A stretch of 64,000 nucleotides of DNA from Candidatus Aenigmatarchaeota archaeon (GCA_043814985.1 JBDRJK010000021.1:7253-71252), one strand, 5' to 3'; positions 16,541 through 26,373 are shown, counted from the stretch's first letter. The notes: generated by a model from the sequence alone, not told the origin. A program made the numbers and translations.

Positions 16541-19504
16541 CTAATATAGTTTATTGTCTGAAAGAATCACTTCCATGTCGCTGCTAACTCCAGCTATGAT
16601 TTCTGGTATTGTGGCTGTTCCACGATTTTCATTGCACCATCCTACCAGTGGGAAGCAAACATACTTGTTAGAATCGGATGGTATGATTTCTAATTTTACA
16701 AGGTCGCCTTCTCTGACTTTTGATTCAATATATCCACCGTTAGGAATAAATTGACTACAATCACCATTTACACATATTCTTCCCGTTCCCCCTGTAAGTA
16801 TTATCTTCCACTTGACCATGAAGGAAGCGTACATAATACCGCTCGCTCCTGCTTTTATGCCTGATATTGGGTAAGGGCCTGGTGTTCCAGGATAATCATA
16901 GCTGCATACTTCTTGTCCAGAACCGAAATTAACACATGCATAATTGCTTGACTCATCAGGTGTTGACACCAATGTTACAGTCTCGCCTGTTACAAATGGT
17001 ACAGTAACAGGTCCTGTTTCGTGTGTGGCGCACTGTCCTTTTACACATATGCTTCCTTTGCCTGCTGAGACTCCAATCTCCCAGAAATTATAAGTGCATT
17101 CCTCAGTCTGGCCGCAGTTCACCTTCTTACATCCACTTACTCCACATCCCGTTCCACCGCAATTTGTTTCCCTATTAGCAAAATTACAAGCACTACAATC
17201 AGTCACTACTTTAGAAACACCAACCCAGAAAGGTCCACAATAACATTCAACATCACAAAGCACATGAGGAACATTACCTTCTTCATAACAAATACCCCCT
17301 CCTACACAATTACAACTACTGGTGCAGCAATCTTCACCTCCTGTATTTAGACCGCAATCTGTGCATAATCCGGTTGCACAAACTCTGCATATAGCAGTTG
17401 CTTGGTCACAATGCCATCCCGCTTTGCATACTGTACCTTCGCAGCCATACTTACAATTTTTAACACTGCTGTATGTGCATGGGCTGCCTGAACCTCCCTT
17501 ATATTCTTTACCAATTTCACATTTGTCAGGACAGTCTCCTCCTCCGCCACCAGAATCCATGGTTGCCATTCTCCATTCATCAAAATCACCATCCTTGTCA
17601 ATGTCTATGCAGGCATAATAATTGTCCGTGCTAGAATAGCTTAGAGTTTTTGTAATAGCAAAGGGCTGAGGATTATATGGTTCACCTGCCCAGCAATAGA
17701 GACTGTCTTCCTTGGACTGTTGGCTGTCAATATTAAAAACTGCCAAGGGTGTCTTGAAACCAACATTTTTTCCATCACATTCTTGATCGAAGAAATATAC
17801 ATCATGATCGTAGCAATAGCGCAAATTCCCAATTGTAGCCCTAGCGCTACTGCCCGTGTCTGTAACAGAGAGAGTCATTCCATCCGCATCGCAACAATTA
17901 TTCGATCTCCCAGTCACATTTATGATTACAACATCCCTTAAGTATGAGATGCCTCTCCAGCAAGGACTTCCTGGCCAGAAGCAGCTACCAATATGGAACG
18001 ATATACCACTATCATATATACTAAACCAATTATTAACTACAACCCTGTAAACCCCTTCGCTTTTGAAATTTTCATTTGGTTCAACGTTTGATTTAACAAC
18101 AATACTTTTTGGTGTCCTATCTTGACAGGTTACCTGCCAACAACTTCCCATAAAATGACTTTCTAGAAAAGCTTTTAAGGAGTCAGCTTCTACAAGTTCT
18201 GCGCCTTTAAAGGTTATCACACCTTGGTTCTTCAGGCAATCATCTATGCCTTCACAGCTATTGGAAAGAATACAGCGTGTAGAGTCTTCGTTTGGTGATA
18301 AGCCAATGCAATCTTCGTTGTCAAACGATAAATCATCAGTCACCTCTTCTATTTTCTTTTTCACCTCTATAAGTCCTGTTTGATCATCCCCTCTGAATAT
18401 GAAATCCATAACGCTTCTGGCCTGTCTAGTGTAAAAGCCTAGATAATTATTCCTGACCTCCCAGTTGCTGTAACTTCCTTTATTACTCACTACATCTCCG
18501 ATACGGTCTAGCATATCAGTAGTGGAATCAGCTAAATTAATGTGAGGTATCCTTGCAAAATTAACATTGTATTTTTCCTTCTCAGGAATCCAAGTAACTC
18601 CGAAAACATAGTGGCGTTCATCATGGTCCAGAATACCTTTGGTGTCAAGATTTTCAATCTCATTCACTAGATATCTTGTGTCATACTCAGGTGTTATTTG
18701 AGGATCTACATCACAACCACTGCCTGCGCAGTCAGCCACCCACCATCTGTTCCAATCGTAAATAAGGTCTTGACCATTGTCGCAAAAAATAGGATTAGGC
18801 CAGTTACCATCATTGTCCCCGCCTTGGCAATGATTGTCCCAATTTGCCAGGGAACCAGCTTTATTTTTATTAGGAACGTAGCATACATTATTTCCAAACT
18901 TTATTTCAAAGCTATTATCTGTCATACGGGGAATAAAGCCGCCATTACAGAAATTGCTGCTCTCAACTTTCCTGTCCTTCAATTGCATGTTCACACAGGT
19001 CTCGTCAAGGAGCGGTATTGCTGTTCCACCCTCCTGACAGAGATGACAAGGGCCAGAAACAACATCATTCAATACAGTTTCCCACACTCCACCATTAGCA
19101 ATCATTTCATTTTGTGTAAATTCCTTAAGCGTGAATATCTTGCCCGAGCTTATTATGAGTTCATTTGCAAAGGATAGTATACGCTCTCCCCTAAGTGTTT
19201 CCCTGCCGTAAGTCTGATAGTCACTGTGTATTATGTTTGCTATGTGGCAGGCAATCTCAGAAGGCTGAAAGGGCTCCCAGGCCTCAAGAGGAAGCAGATG
19301 CGTTAGTATATCAGGTTCAAGTGGATCCTTGATTATGGGAGTTGTATATGTTATGTCTCCCTCAGAACCCAGCTGTTTTATTGCGGCATCTCTCGCGCCT
19401 TCGGGGTCAAACCTGTAGAACTGTTGCCAGATTGATGTCCCAAGAAGGCTTACGATTAATGCGGTAACTATTAATAAAACGACCATGAGGGTGACATTAG
19501 TCAT
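16541..19504 (-). CDS. Large membrane-anchored Cys-rich surface protein (987 aa)
   Basis: N-terminal TM helix; Cys-rich C-terminal third; two GxICVxGxC beta modules. Confidence 0.85.
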   Translation of the reverse strand: MTNVTLMVVLLIVTALIVSLLGTSIWQQFYRFDPEGARDAAIKQLGSEGDITYTTPIIKDPLEPDILTHLLPLEAWEPFQPSEIACHIANIIHSDYQTYGRETLRGERILSFANELIISSGKIFTLKEFTQNEMIANGGVWETVLNDVVSGPCHLCQEGGTAIPLLDETCVNMQLKDRKVESSNFCNGGFIPRMTDNSFEIKFGNNVCYVPNKNKAGSLANWDNHCQGGDNDGNWPNPIFCDNGQDLIYDWNRWWVADCAGSGCDVDPQITPEYDTRYLVNEIENLDTKGILDHDERHYVFGVTWIPEKEKYNVNFARIPHINLADSTTDMLDRIGDVVSNKGSYSNWEVRNNYLGFYTRQARSVMDFIFRGDDQTGLIEVKKKIEEVTDDLSFDNEDCIGLSPNEDSTRCILSNSCEGIDDCLKNQGVITFKGAELVEADSLKAFLESHFMGSCWQVTCQDRTPKSIVVKSNVEPNENFKSEGVYRVVVNNWFSIYDSGISFHIGSCFWPGSPCWRGISYLRDVVIINVTGRSNNCCDADGMTLSVTDTGSSARATIGNLRYCYDHDVYFFDQECDGKNVGFKTPLAVFNIDSQQSKEDSLYCWAGEPYNPQPFAITKTLSYSSTDNYYACIDIDKDGDFDEWRMATMDSGGGGGDCPDKCEIGKEYKGGSGSPCTYSSVKNCKYGCEGTVCKAGWHCDQATAICRVCATGLCTDCGLNTGGEDCCTSSCNCVGGGICYEEGNVPHVLCDVECYCGPFWVGVSKVVTDCSACNFANRETNCGGTGCGVSGCKKVNCGQTEECTYNFWEIGVSAGKGSICVKGQCATHETGPVTVPFVTGETVTLVSTPDESSNYACVNFGSGQEVCSYDYPGTPGPYPISGIKAGASGIMYASFMVKWKIILTGGTGRICVNGDCSQFIPNGGYIESKVREGDLVKLEIIPSDSNKYVCFPLVGWCNENRGTATIPEIIAGVSSDMEVILSDNKLY

Positions 19505-19534
19505 AATTATTTTTAATGCGGTTTTGTATATAAA

Positions 19535-19747
19535 TCAAGCTGGTATAATTGCGCATCCGTGGGTCAAGGCCTTGAATATGTTGCCGAATGGTATCCAGAA
19601 CATGGCCCCGCACACTATCTTTCTTACAAAGGTCCCACCGAAGAATATGGGATCTATTAAAAATACAAAAACAACCAGCCCTATGAGTACTATAACCATT
19701 ACTACTATCACTGATGTTAAATGTTCTGTCATATCCATACAAATCAC
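19535..19747 (-). CDS. Small pilin-like membrane protein (alternative start 19738)
   Basis: Hydrophobic helix; ends LTHGCAIIPA, similar to its neighbour. Confidence 0.7.
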   Translation of the reverse strand: MICMDMTEHLTSVIVVMVIVLIGLVVFVFLIDPIFFGGTFVRKIVCGAMFWIPFGNIFKALTHGCAIIPA

Positions 19748-19983
19748 AAAGGAACTAAATCACACGATTTATGCAACGCACCAACAAACAATTTTAAAGC
19801 AAAGTTTGCATTTTCTCCCCCGAAAAAATTCTCGAGCAGCGTGAAAGCAAAATTGCAACTCCACTTGCCAGGGCATATCCCCCCGAAAAAGTTGCAATAC
19901 AGTATAGCGAACAACAAACTCAGGACTACTATAACTGCTATATTTTCTACGATTATGTGGTACAACCACGATATGTCTGCCAT
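19744..19983 (-). CDS. Small pilin-like membrane protein
   Basis: Hydrophobic helix; ends LHKSCDLVPL; GTGA overlap. Confidence 0.7.
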   Translation of the reverse strand: MADISWLYHIIVENIAVIVVLSLLFAILYCNFFGGICPGKWSCNFAFTLLENFFGGENANFALKLFVGALHKSCDLVPL

Positions 19984-19990
19984 TCAATCA

Positions 19991-20155
19991 CTATATGATG
20001 TTTCCGAAAAACGTGCTCATTATGTTTGCCAAAAATGCGAGCGGGCCCTCAGGAGGTCCGATTTTGAATCCCATGTAAAAACTTATTATAGCAAATAACA
20101 TAATCAAGGCAAGTGCCAATAAAACTGCCTTTTTTATCAACTCTTTGGATATCAT
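19991..20155 (-). CDS. Small hydrophobic pilin-like protein (54 aa, not in ORF track)
   Basis: MISKELIKKAVLLALALIMLFAIISFYMGFKIGPPEGPLAFLANIMSTFFGNII; fills the operon gap. Confidence 0.7.
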   Translation of the reverse strand: MISKELIKKAVLLALALIMLFAIISFYMGFKIGPPEGPLAFLANIMSTFFGNII

Positions 20156-20159
20156 CAAA

Positions 20160-20291
20160 TCACGGCTCTATAATGTTTGTTACATCCAGGTAACCGAATA
20201 TAAGCTCGTTAGCGAACAAAACCATAAAAAGCACTATTATGACTGCTACTATTATCCAAAAAAGCATCTCCTGAAGATCTAGTCCTTTCAT
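20160..20291 (-). CDS. Flp-sized pilin-like protein (43 aa)
   Basis: MKG|LDLQEMLFWIIVAVIIVLFMVLF with Glu at +5; ATG lies 2 nt after the platform gene stop. Confidence 0.8.
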   Translation of the reverse strand: MKGLDLQEMLFWIIVAVIIVLFMVLFANELIFGYLDVTNIIEP

Positions 20292-20293
20292 GC

Positions 20294-22375
20294 TTATCCC
20301 ATGGGCTCCAATAAAGCTGCAATCGAGCTTCCGAACATTGCGTATGTTACTGTCCAGCTTATGATATAGATTACTATTCCGAATAATAAAATCATCCATA
20401 TGTTCTGCCTGACGCCAACAGGGTCATCCCCATATTTGACGCCATTCAGGAAGTATGATAAGAGGACAGCTGTCTCGATCATGTATATCCCTACAACCAG
20501 CTGGAAGAACGTTGGTGAAACTGGCATTTCACCTCCCATTGCCCAAGGTATCATGAAAACTGACTGTGCCGCGTTCATTCCTCCTGATGCTGAAGACATT
20601 ATGCCCTGCATTGCTGCACCTAGGTTTGTCAGTATCTGGATTATTATCACTGCCAGAGTAACTGTGACACCGGCTACCATTGGGGCAAGGAACATTGCCA
20701 GGAATTTCATGCTGGTTATTGTCTCGCCGAGAATCTCCTCTATTTCTTCCTTGACTTCATGAACGTCCTTGAGGTATCTTGAAATTATTACCATTGAATT
20801 GGAGGCAGTCTTGATGCTTTTTTTGGAAGACTGTATTACTGTCTGCATTATTGAGTGGATTAATTTTGAGGGATAGTACCAGAGAGCTCCTACTTCCTTG
20901 TCAAACAGGGCTTCCTCGAAAGTGTAGCCGAACCTCTTCATGTTCAAGCTTACTATTTCGAACATGTCCGCTATTTTCATTTCTTTAAGGTTGGCCCTTG
21001 CCTTATCAATAGCAAGTTCCAGAGGCAAGCCTCCTGATAATGAGTTCCCCAGTTGGAACAGCGCTGTTGCGAACTCGTCCTCTATCTTTTCAATGTCCCT
21101 TCTTATCTTGATTTTCTGGTAGCTGTCCAAAAAGGTATATACTACAATTATCAGTGCGATACCCAGTATCAGCAGCAAGGAAAAGTTAACTGAGATGTAA
21201 ACTTCTGGGTCGCCCATGCCCATGACGCCTGTAAAGATGAAGGGTATTGATATTAAGATTGCTATTGGCAGAATAGGAATGAACCTGTTTCCCAAAGAAA
21301 ACTTTCCCATGGGAGGCGTTCCCTTTGCCTTTGAGATGTCCGGGGGGGAGAATGTTGGTGGCTTGGATGATAGGATGTAATTAACAATAAAGTAAAGTGA
21401 GACAGGTAATAAAATGTCATAACCGAAGAAGACAAATGAAGGCTTGACAACATCTGCTATGAATATCAAGATAATTGGAAACAAGATAAGGCCCATTACA
21501 GGTAGCAAAATACCCATTGCGTATATCAGCGTCATTGGCATTCTTAGGCCTGCTGCATAGTGCCTGGCCCTCTCCCTTGTACCGTTCAATATAACATTGA
21601 TTGTTTCCTCGTAAACCATTTCCCTTCTTGCTTCCTCAACAATCGACCCTCTCAGAAGGTTAAGGGCCTCAGAGAATTCCTTGTTGTTGTCCTTCCACTT
21701 ATTGATGTAGTCAATCAAGGCATAATCAGCAGAAGCGTACTTGCCTGTTTCAATGTCCCACAATAATTTTCTCAAATCCCAGGCCAGCGGACCCTCCAGA
21801 TATTGGGAAGCAAACCTCACAGCACCCTCCAAGTTAGGTGAGGACCTCATGTAAATGACCATGTAAAGGATTGCCAACACAGAGTCAGAGGACATTTTCA
21901 TCTTCATTGATTTTGACATTGTGTCAGGATAATTGTAGAAATACCAGAAAACTACAAAAACAAGAATACCGCCGAACACAGAAAAAACTATGTCAGTCCC
22001 TATGATGATAAGGAGAATTAAAAGAGACAGGGAAATTAAAGTTGCTAATAATGTTAAAGAGTAGGCTCCCTTTGGTGTTGCATTAATGTAACCTGCCCTT
22101 AGCGATGACATGAGTCTGGCTGATGTTTTATCGTCAGGCTTCATGGGAAGAATTCTTTCAGCACGAGAGCATGCCTTCTCGTATAATGTCACTGGCTTCT
22201 GTTCCAGCTCTTCTAGAAAGGTCAGATACTCTGTCGGATAGGGAAAGAACTTCTCTCCTTTAGGCATCTGGATGTCTGTTGTCTTTAGAGCTCTCCTAAT
22301 CTGTTGCCTTTTCAGTTCTCTTGCCTTTCTCTGAGCCTCTTCAATTTTCTTCTTATTTTTCTTTTCAAAAACCAT
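20294..22375 (-). CDS. Type IV pilus/T2SS F-domain membrane platform protein (TadC/PilC-like)
   Basis: 693 aa polytopic; SSPNLEGAVRFA and IEDEFATALFQLGNSLSGGLPLE helical domains; adjacent to the ATPase. Confidence 0.88.
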   Translation of the reverse strand: MVFEKKNKKKIEEAQRKARELKRQQIRRALKTTDIQMPKGEKFFPYPTEYLTFLEELEQKPVTLYEKACSRAERILPMKPDDKTSARLMSSLRAGYINATPKGAYSLTLLATLISLSLLILLIIIGTDIVFSVFGGILVFVVFWYFYNYPDTMSKSMKMKMSSDSVLAILYMVIYMRSSPNLEGAVRFASQYLEGPLAWDLRKLLWDIETGKYASADYALIDYINKWKDNNKEFSEALNLLRGSIVEEARREMVYEETINVILNGTRERARHYAAGLRMPMTLIYAMGILLPVMGLILFPIILIFIADVVKPSFVFFGYDILLPVSLYFIVNYILSSKPPTFSPPDISKAKGTPPMGKFSLGNRFIPILPIAILISIPFIFTGVMGMGDPEVYISVNFSLLLILGIALIIVVYTFLDSYQKIKIRRDIEKIEDEFATALFQLGNSLSGGLPLELAIDKARANLKEMKIADMFEIVSLNMKRFGYTFEEALFDKEVGALWYYPSKLIHSIMQTVIQSSKKSIKTASNSMVIISRYLKDVHEVKEEIEEILGETITSMKFLAMFLAPMVAGVTVTLAVIIIQILTNLGAAMQGIMSSASGGMNAAQSVFMIPWAMGGEMPVSPTFFQLVVGIYMIETAVLLSYFLNGVKYGDDPVGVRQNIWMILLFGIVIYIISWTVTYAMFGSSIAALLEPMG

Positions 22376-24607
22376 TCAAACACTCGAATATTTTTTAAAC
22401 CATTCCAGCCATTGCTTGAAAATCCTGTTGCTGTCAATAAAGCCCAAGTCCTCTCTTGAGCTTCCAGCTATCTTGTGGAACATCTGGTTGGCTTTAATGG
22501 TTGTTTCGGCCTCTAACAGGTCAGGCTTGTTTTTACTGTTTGCAATCCTGACTATTGTCTCAAGAATCTTTGACCTCAGGTTGATGTTGTCCCAGACTTG
22601 ATCCCACCTTCCAGCCCATCCAGGAACCCTGTTGGAAATCTGGTTAAGGACATAGGACTCGCCGTTCAACAAGGTGTCTGTTGGCTTCAGTGTGTCCTCT
22701 GTGGAGTCATACTCCAAAAGATTGACAAAGCCTCCCTCGTCCACGGGGTCCTTTTTCCAGTGCTTCCTCACTTCAGTGACTTCAACCACTCTCCTGAATG
22801 TTCTCAGGCCGTCTGATGTTCTCAATTTATTGCAGATAACAATGAAGTCAACAGCCTTGAAGCTTGTAGGCGGAACTCCCAAGTCATTGACCAGCCTGTC
22901 ATATACTCCGTAGGCAGACTCGCCGTGCACAGTTCCAGCAACAACATTAGCCATTGCGCCTATTCTCATGGCCTCGAATAGGGCCTTTGCCTCCATACTT
23001 CTGATCTCACCCAAAAACAAGCAGGAGTCACCCAACCTTAGAGAAGTTCTTATGACTTCCTCTGCAGGCAGTTCCAATTCAACCCTTGTTATAACTGATC
23101 TTGATTTGAGCCTTTCAATATTATATCCTAGATTCCTCAGTTGCTCGACTGGAAGTTCCAACGTATCTTCTGAGGTGATAATCCTGTTATAAGGAAGTAT
23201 CTGAAGCATCATGCTTCCCAACAAAGAAGTTTTTCCAGCGCCCCTTGTTCCTGCAACTAAAATAGTTCTTCCGTATGAAGCAACAAACCACATCAATCCT
23301 CCAAACAAAGAATTGAAGTATTTGTTATTCATGAACAATGGGAAGGTCCATGGTTTGAACCTGTGCCTTCTCAATGCAAAGCCTAATCCATCTGGAGATA
23401 GTCTTGGGTTGATAGCAGCAACCCTTGCAACGCCCCCCTGTATTAGCAACTCTGTATCTAAAACAGGGTTTGCCTCATCCAAAGGCCTGCCTGATAATAG
23501 CTTGAAACGCGTTGCCCACCTGTCGCCGTCCTGCCTTGTTGGGACAAGGTTGGTCTCACACTCCTCATAATCTTGGTGATAAATAAAAACAGGAAGGTTT
23601 CCCATTGGTGAGTTGATGAAGATATCCTGTATCTTATCATCTTTCAATAAGACCTCGATTATGCCTAAACCAGCAGTGTACCTTGTTAATATTTCTGCGA
23701 GCTTATCCAGCTGGCCCTCTTTGAAAGTCTTGCCAACCTCCTCTGCCAAATCTCTCAATAAGTCCAAGCTCAAGGTATGGAAGATTTCCCTCATTCTCTG
23801 CTGATCGCCTGTTTCCAGTTCCCTTGGCCTTCTCTCCTCCAGTACTCTTCTAGCTGCATCAAGAAGATTGTACTCGTCCTCGTCCAATTTAAACTCAGGG
23901 GGAACAGCATGGTAGATGTATCTGACTTTGTCAGGAACCTTGAATATCTCAACATCAGTGTCACCGACCTTATACCTTGCAACAGTCTCGCCTGGTGGCG
24001 GCTGGGCCATGAATTTGGTGTACATGAAGTTCGGTCTTATGGTAGGCTGGAAGAATTTCCTGTACAAAGTCCTGTCGCCAATATGATAGCCTGACAAGTA
24101 GGGTATTGACCTATCAATCAGCTCTGTCTTTTCCAAAAGTTCTTTCAAAGGTATCAGGGCATTCTCAAGATAGTGGCTTATGCACTTGTTGTACTCGTCA
24201 GAAACCATCTTAGTTTTCAAATGCCTTATCTCCCTTGTTAAATTAACATAGCCTCCAATCGGATCTCCCCTTAACTGTAAAGTTACTAGGTCTCTTAACC
24301 ATCCATACCATTGCGGCAAATATCTGGAGCACTCGCCGGTCGCAATGTTCCTCACTGACAATATTTTCTTCTCCTTTACAGCATGCGTTATTATCTGAGC
24401 AATCTCCTTGAGCATTTTAGTCTGCTCTAAATCATACTCGTACTCCCTTGTCTCTGCAATGATAATGCTGACAACTCTTTTTTCCTCTATGAGCTTCTCA
24501 ACTATTCTTGCCATCACAACATCAGAATCCTCAACAGTAAAGCCGAACACTGAGCCTAAGCAGCTCATCCTCAGAACCCCATCTTTGACTTCTGTCTCAA
24601 AAACCAT
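22376..24607 (-). CDS. Type II/IV secretion (pilus assembly) ATPase, VirB11/TadA family
   Basis: Walker A GTRGAGKTS, Asp box EDTLEL, SLRLGD...LGEIR, His box GTVHG. Confidence 0.95.
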   Translation of the reverse strand: MVFETEVKDGVLRMSCLGSVFGFTVEDSDVVMARIVEKLIEEKRVVSIIIAETREYEYDLEQTKMLKEIAQIITHAVKEKKILSVRNIATGECSRYLPQWYGWLRDLVTLQLRGDPIGGYVNLTREIRHLKTKMVSDEYNKCISHYLENALIPLKELLEKTELIDRSIPYLSGYHIGDRTLYRKFFQPTIRPNFMYTKFMAQPPPGETVARYKVGDTDVEIFKVPDKVRYIYHAVPPEFKLDEDEYNLLDAARRVLEERRPRELETGDQQRMREIFHTLSLDLLRDLAEEVGKTFKEGQLDKLAEILTRYTAGLGIIEVLLKDDKIQDIFINSPMGNLPVFIYHQDYEECETNLVPTRQDGDRWATRFKLLSGRPLDEANPVLDTELLIQGGVARVAAINPRLSPDGLGFALRRHRFKPWTFPLFMNNKYFNSLFGGLMWFVASYGRTILVAGTRGAGKTSLLGSMMLQILPYNRIITSEDTLELPVEQLRNLGYNIERLKSRSVITRVELELPAEEVIRTSLRLGDSCLFLGEIRSMEAKALFEAMRIGAMANVVAGTVHGESAYGVYDRLVNDLGVPPTSFKAVDFIVICNKLRTSDGLRTFRRVVEVTEVRKHWKKDPVDEGGFVNLLEYDSTEDTLKPTDTLLNGESYVLNQISNRVPGWAGRWDQVWDNINLRSKILETIVRIANSKNKPDLLEAETTIKANQMFHKIAGSSREDLGFIDSNRIFKQWLEWFKKYSSV

Positions 24608-24684
24608 AACAATACCTAACTTTAATATGAAAACTCAATAATTATATATAAATGGTGATTTTAAAATAATAATATTGTGATTAG

Positions 24685-25059
24685 ATGGTAGAGAGAGATG
24701 TTCAGGCAATTCTTAATGAGCTCGTGAGGAGAGCAAACGAAACCTCCAGGAGGCTGAGAGCTTTGGAGGAGAGGGACTCCTTAATTGAGACCAGGGTTTC
24801 TTCTCTCCAGGACGAGGTATTGAAGATGAATGATGAGAAAAGGATTATCCATGACAGGATAGGCGACAAACTGACTGAAATTGAAACTAATATATTGAGG
24901 ATTGACAATGAATTAATAAGGATGAACAAGGCCGTTGAGAAGATGGCCAAGCGAACCGAGTTGAAAGAGCTGGAGAACATGATCGCGATTTTTAGCCCAA
25001 TGAGGACAAACTTCACTACAAAGGAAGACGTGAAGAGAATTCTAAGAGAGATGAAATAA
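24685..25059 (+). CDS. Coiled-coil hypothetical protein
   Basis: 124 aa with heptad pattern; divergent from the pilus ATPase. Confidence 0.8.
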   Translation: MVERDVQAILNELVRRANETSRRLRALEERDSLIETRVSSLQDEVLKMNDEKRIIHDRIGDKLTEIETNILRIDNELIRMNKAVEKMAKRTELKELENMIAIFSPMRTNFTTKEDVKRILREMK

Positions 25060-25805
25060 TGTTTCTGTTGCCATTCCATAAAAAGAAAGAGGAAGTCACG
25101 AGAGTGTATGTCCCTGTTGACCTTGTGCTAAGCTACTCTTCACAGGGGCTTTCTGAGAACGAGATAAAGGATCGTTTGCATGCTCAAGGCTTTGATTCAG
25201 AATTGGTTGAGAAGGCATTAAGGATTGCATTAAAGGAAAAGGTAACTTCCCAACTTCCAGAGGTTGCGCCACCGCAGCAGCAGTTTCATGTTCCACATCC
25301 TCAACCAATGTCGCATACAATGGAAATATCAAGGCACCCCATGCCAATGGGCTATCCGCCTGAGAGGGTTGTGTCGCCTGACGAGCCGAGACAGCTTCCA
25401 GCAGAGCAGGCTGCCCAACCATTCACCTTTGAACCAGAAGCAGCAAAAATGGCTGAAAGCCCCATTGGTGAAATAACAATCGAAGAGATAATAGAAGGAG
25501 TGGTTAACGAGAGGTGGCAGGATTTTGAAGAAAGACTGGTTGACTTTGAGAAAAGGGACATGCTTTTGGAGGCTCAGATAGAGGACCTGAGAAAGAGGTC
25601 CAAGGAAATAGAGAACATACTAAGGGAAAAGGAAAAGGGCCTTGTTAGCAAGCTTGATGATTTCGGCGGTTCTGTGGAGAACATTGAGGGAAGGATCGGT
25701 TCAATAGAAAAGGTTTTCAAGGACTTCTTGCCAGAGCTGACCCAGAACATTAAAAATATGTCTGAACTTATTGATAATATAAAAGAAAAAGAAAAAGGTC
25801 ACTGA
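25059..25805 (+). CDS. Hypothetical protein: small helical N-domain, Pro/Gln linker, coiled coil
   Basis: 248 aa; TAATG overlap; IEEIIEGVVNERW followed by a coiled coil. Confidence 0.82.
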   Translation: MFLLPFHKKKEEVTRVYVPVDLVLSYSSQGLSENEIKDRLHAQGFDSELVEKALRIALKEKVTSQLPEVAPPQQQFHVPHPQPMSHTMEISRHPMPMGYPPERVVSPDEPRQLPAEQAAQPFTFEPEAAKMAESPIGEITIEEIIEGVVNERWQDFEERLVDFEKRDMLLEAQIEDLRKRSKEIENILREKEKGLVSKLDDFGGSVENIEGRIGSIEKVFKDFLPELTQNIKNMSELIDNIKEKEKGH

Positions 25806-25826
25806 ACTCAAAAGTCTTGTTTACTT

Positions 25827-26351
25827 CTACATCTTTCCAGATTCTGAAACCATCCACAAGACTGCAACACCGATTACGATCAATACCCATGTTCCCATAC
25901 CGATTGCAGGGAATGCAGTAATTCCAATCAAAGCGGGTCCGCCAGCTACCACGAAAATTACAGCTGCTACAGCCATTACTGCCAATGTCATCAACCTTCC
26001 ATGTATTTTAAATGGATGGTTTTCTACAGCCACATCCTTGCCTTCCTTGTTCTTCTCAATTCCTATGATTCTTATTTGTCCTATTTCTATTAAGGACAAA
26101 ACGACTAGGAAGCCAATTGATGCTACTACTAAACCTGTAGACATTGTTGCTATAGCTGTTATAACTGCTGTAGGTACAGCCATTAACACGAACAAACCTG
26201 TTATGACTGACACTATAGCTGCTGGTGCTCTGCCTAATATCTTAAGCTTTGTCATTAGTTCAAAGACTATCGCGAAGGTCAAAACCCACAATAATATCTG
26301 CGGTAGTCCAAGACCTGCAACGTATGCTAAACCAGTTGTTAATCCGTCCAT
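25827..26351 (-). CDS. Multi-pass membrane protein, paralog 1
   Basis: LPQILLWVLTFAIVFELM...HPF; start MDGLTT (track start 26363). Confidence 0.8.
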   Translation of the reverse strand: MDGLTTGLAYVAGLGLPQILLWVLTFAIVFELMTKLKILGRAPAAIVSVITGLFVLMAVPTAVITAIATMSTGLVVASIGFLVVLSLIEIGQIRIIGIEKNKEGKDVAVENHPFKIHGRLMTLAVMAVAAVIFVVAGGPALIGITAFPAIGMGTWVLIVIGVAVLWMVSESGKM

Positions 26352-26373
26352 ATTTTTCACCAATTTTTTTTAT

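Noticed and set aside
20292-20399. Longer 79-aa version of the micro-pilin
   Set aside because: It overlaps the platform gene; the MKG start at 20291 fits the pilin pattern
20294-24607. Archaellum (flaI/flaJ) operon
   Set aside because: No archaellin, flaH, flaF/G or chemotaxis genes nearby; the context is pilin-like genes
22376-24607. Intein explaining the long ATPase
   Set aside because: The extra length is an N-terminal extension; the motor motifs are contiguous and no intein termini are evident
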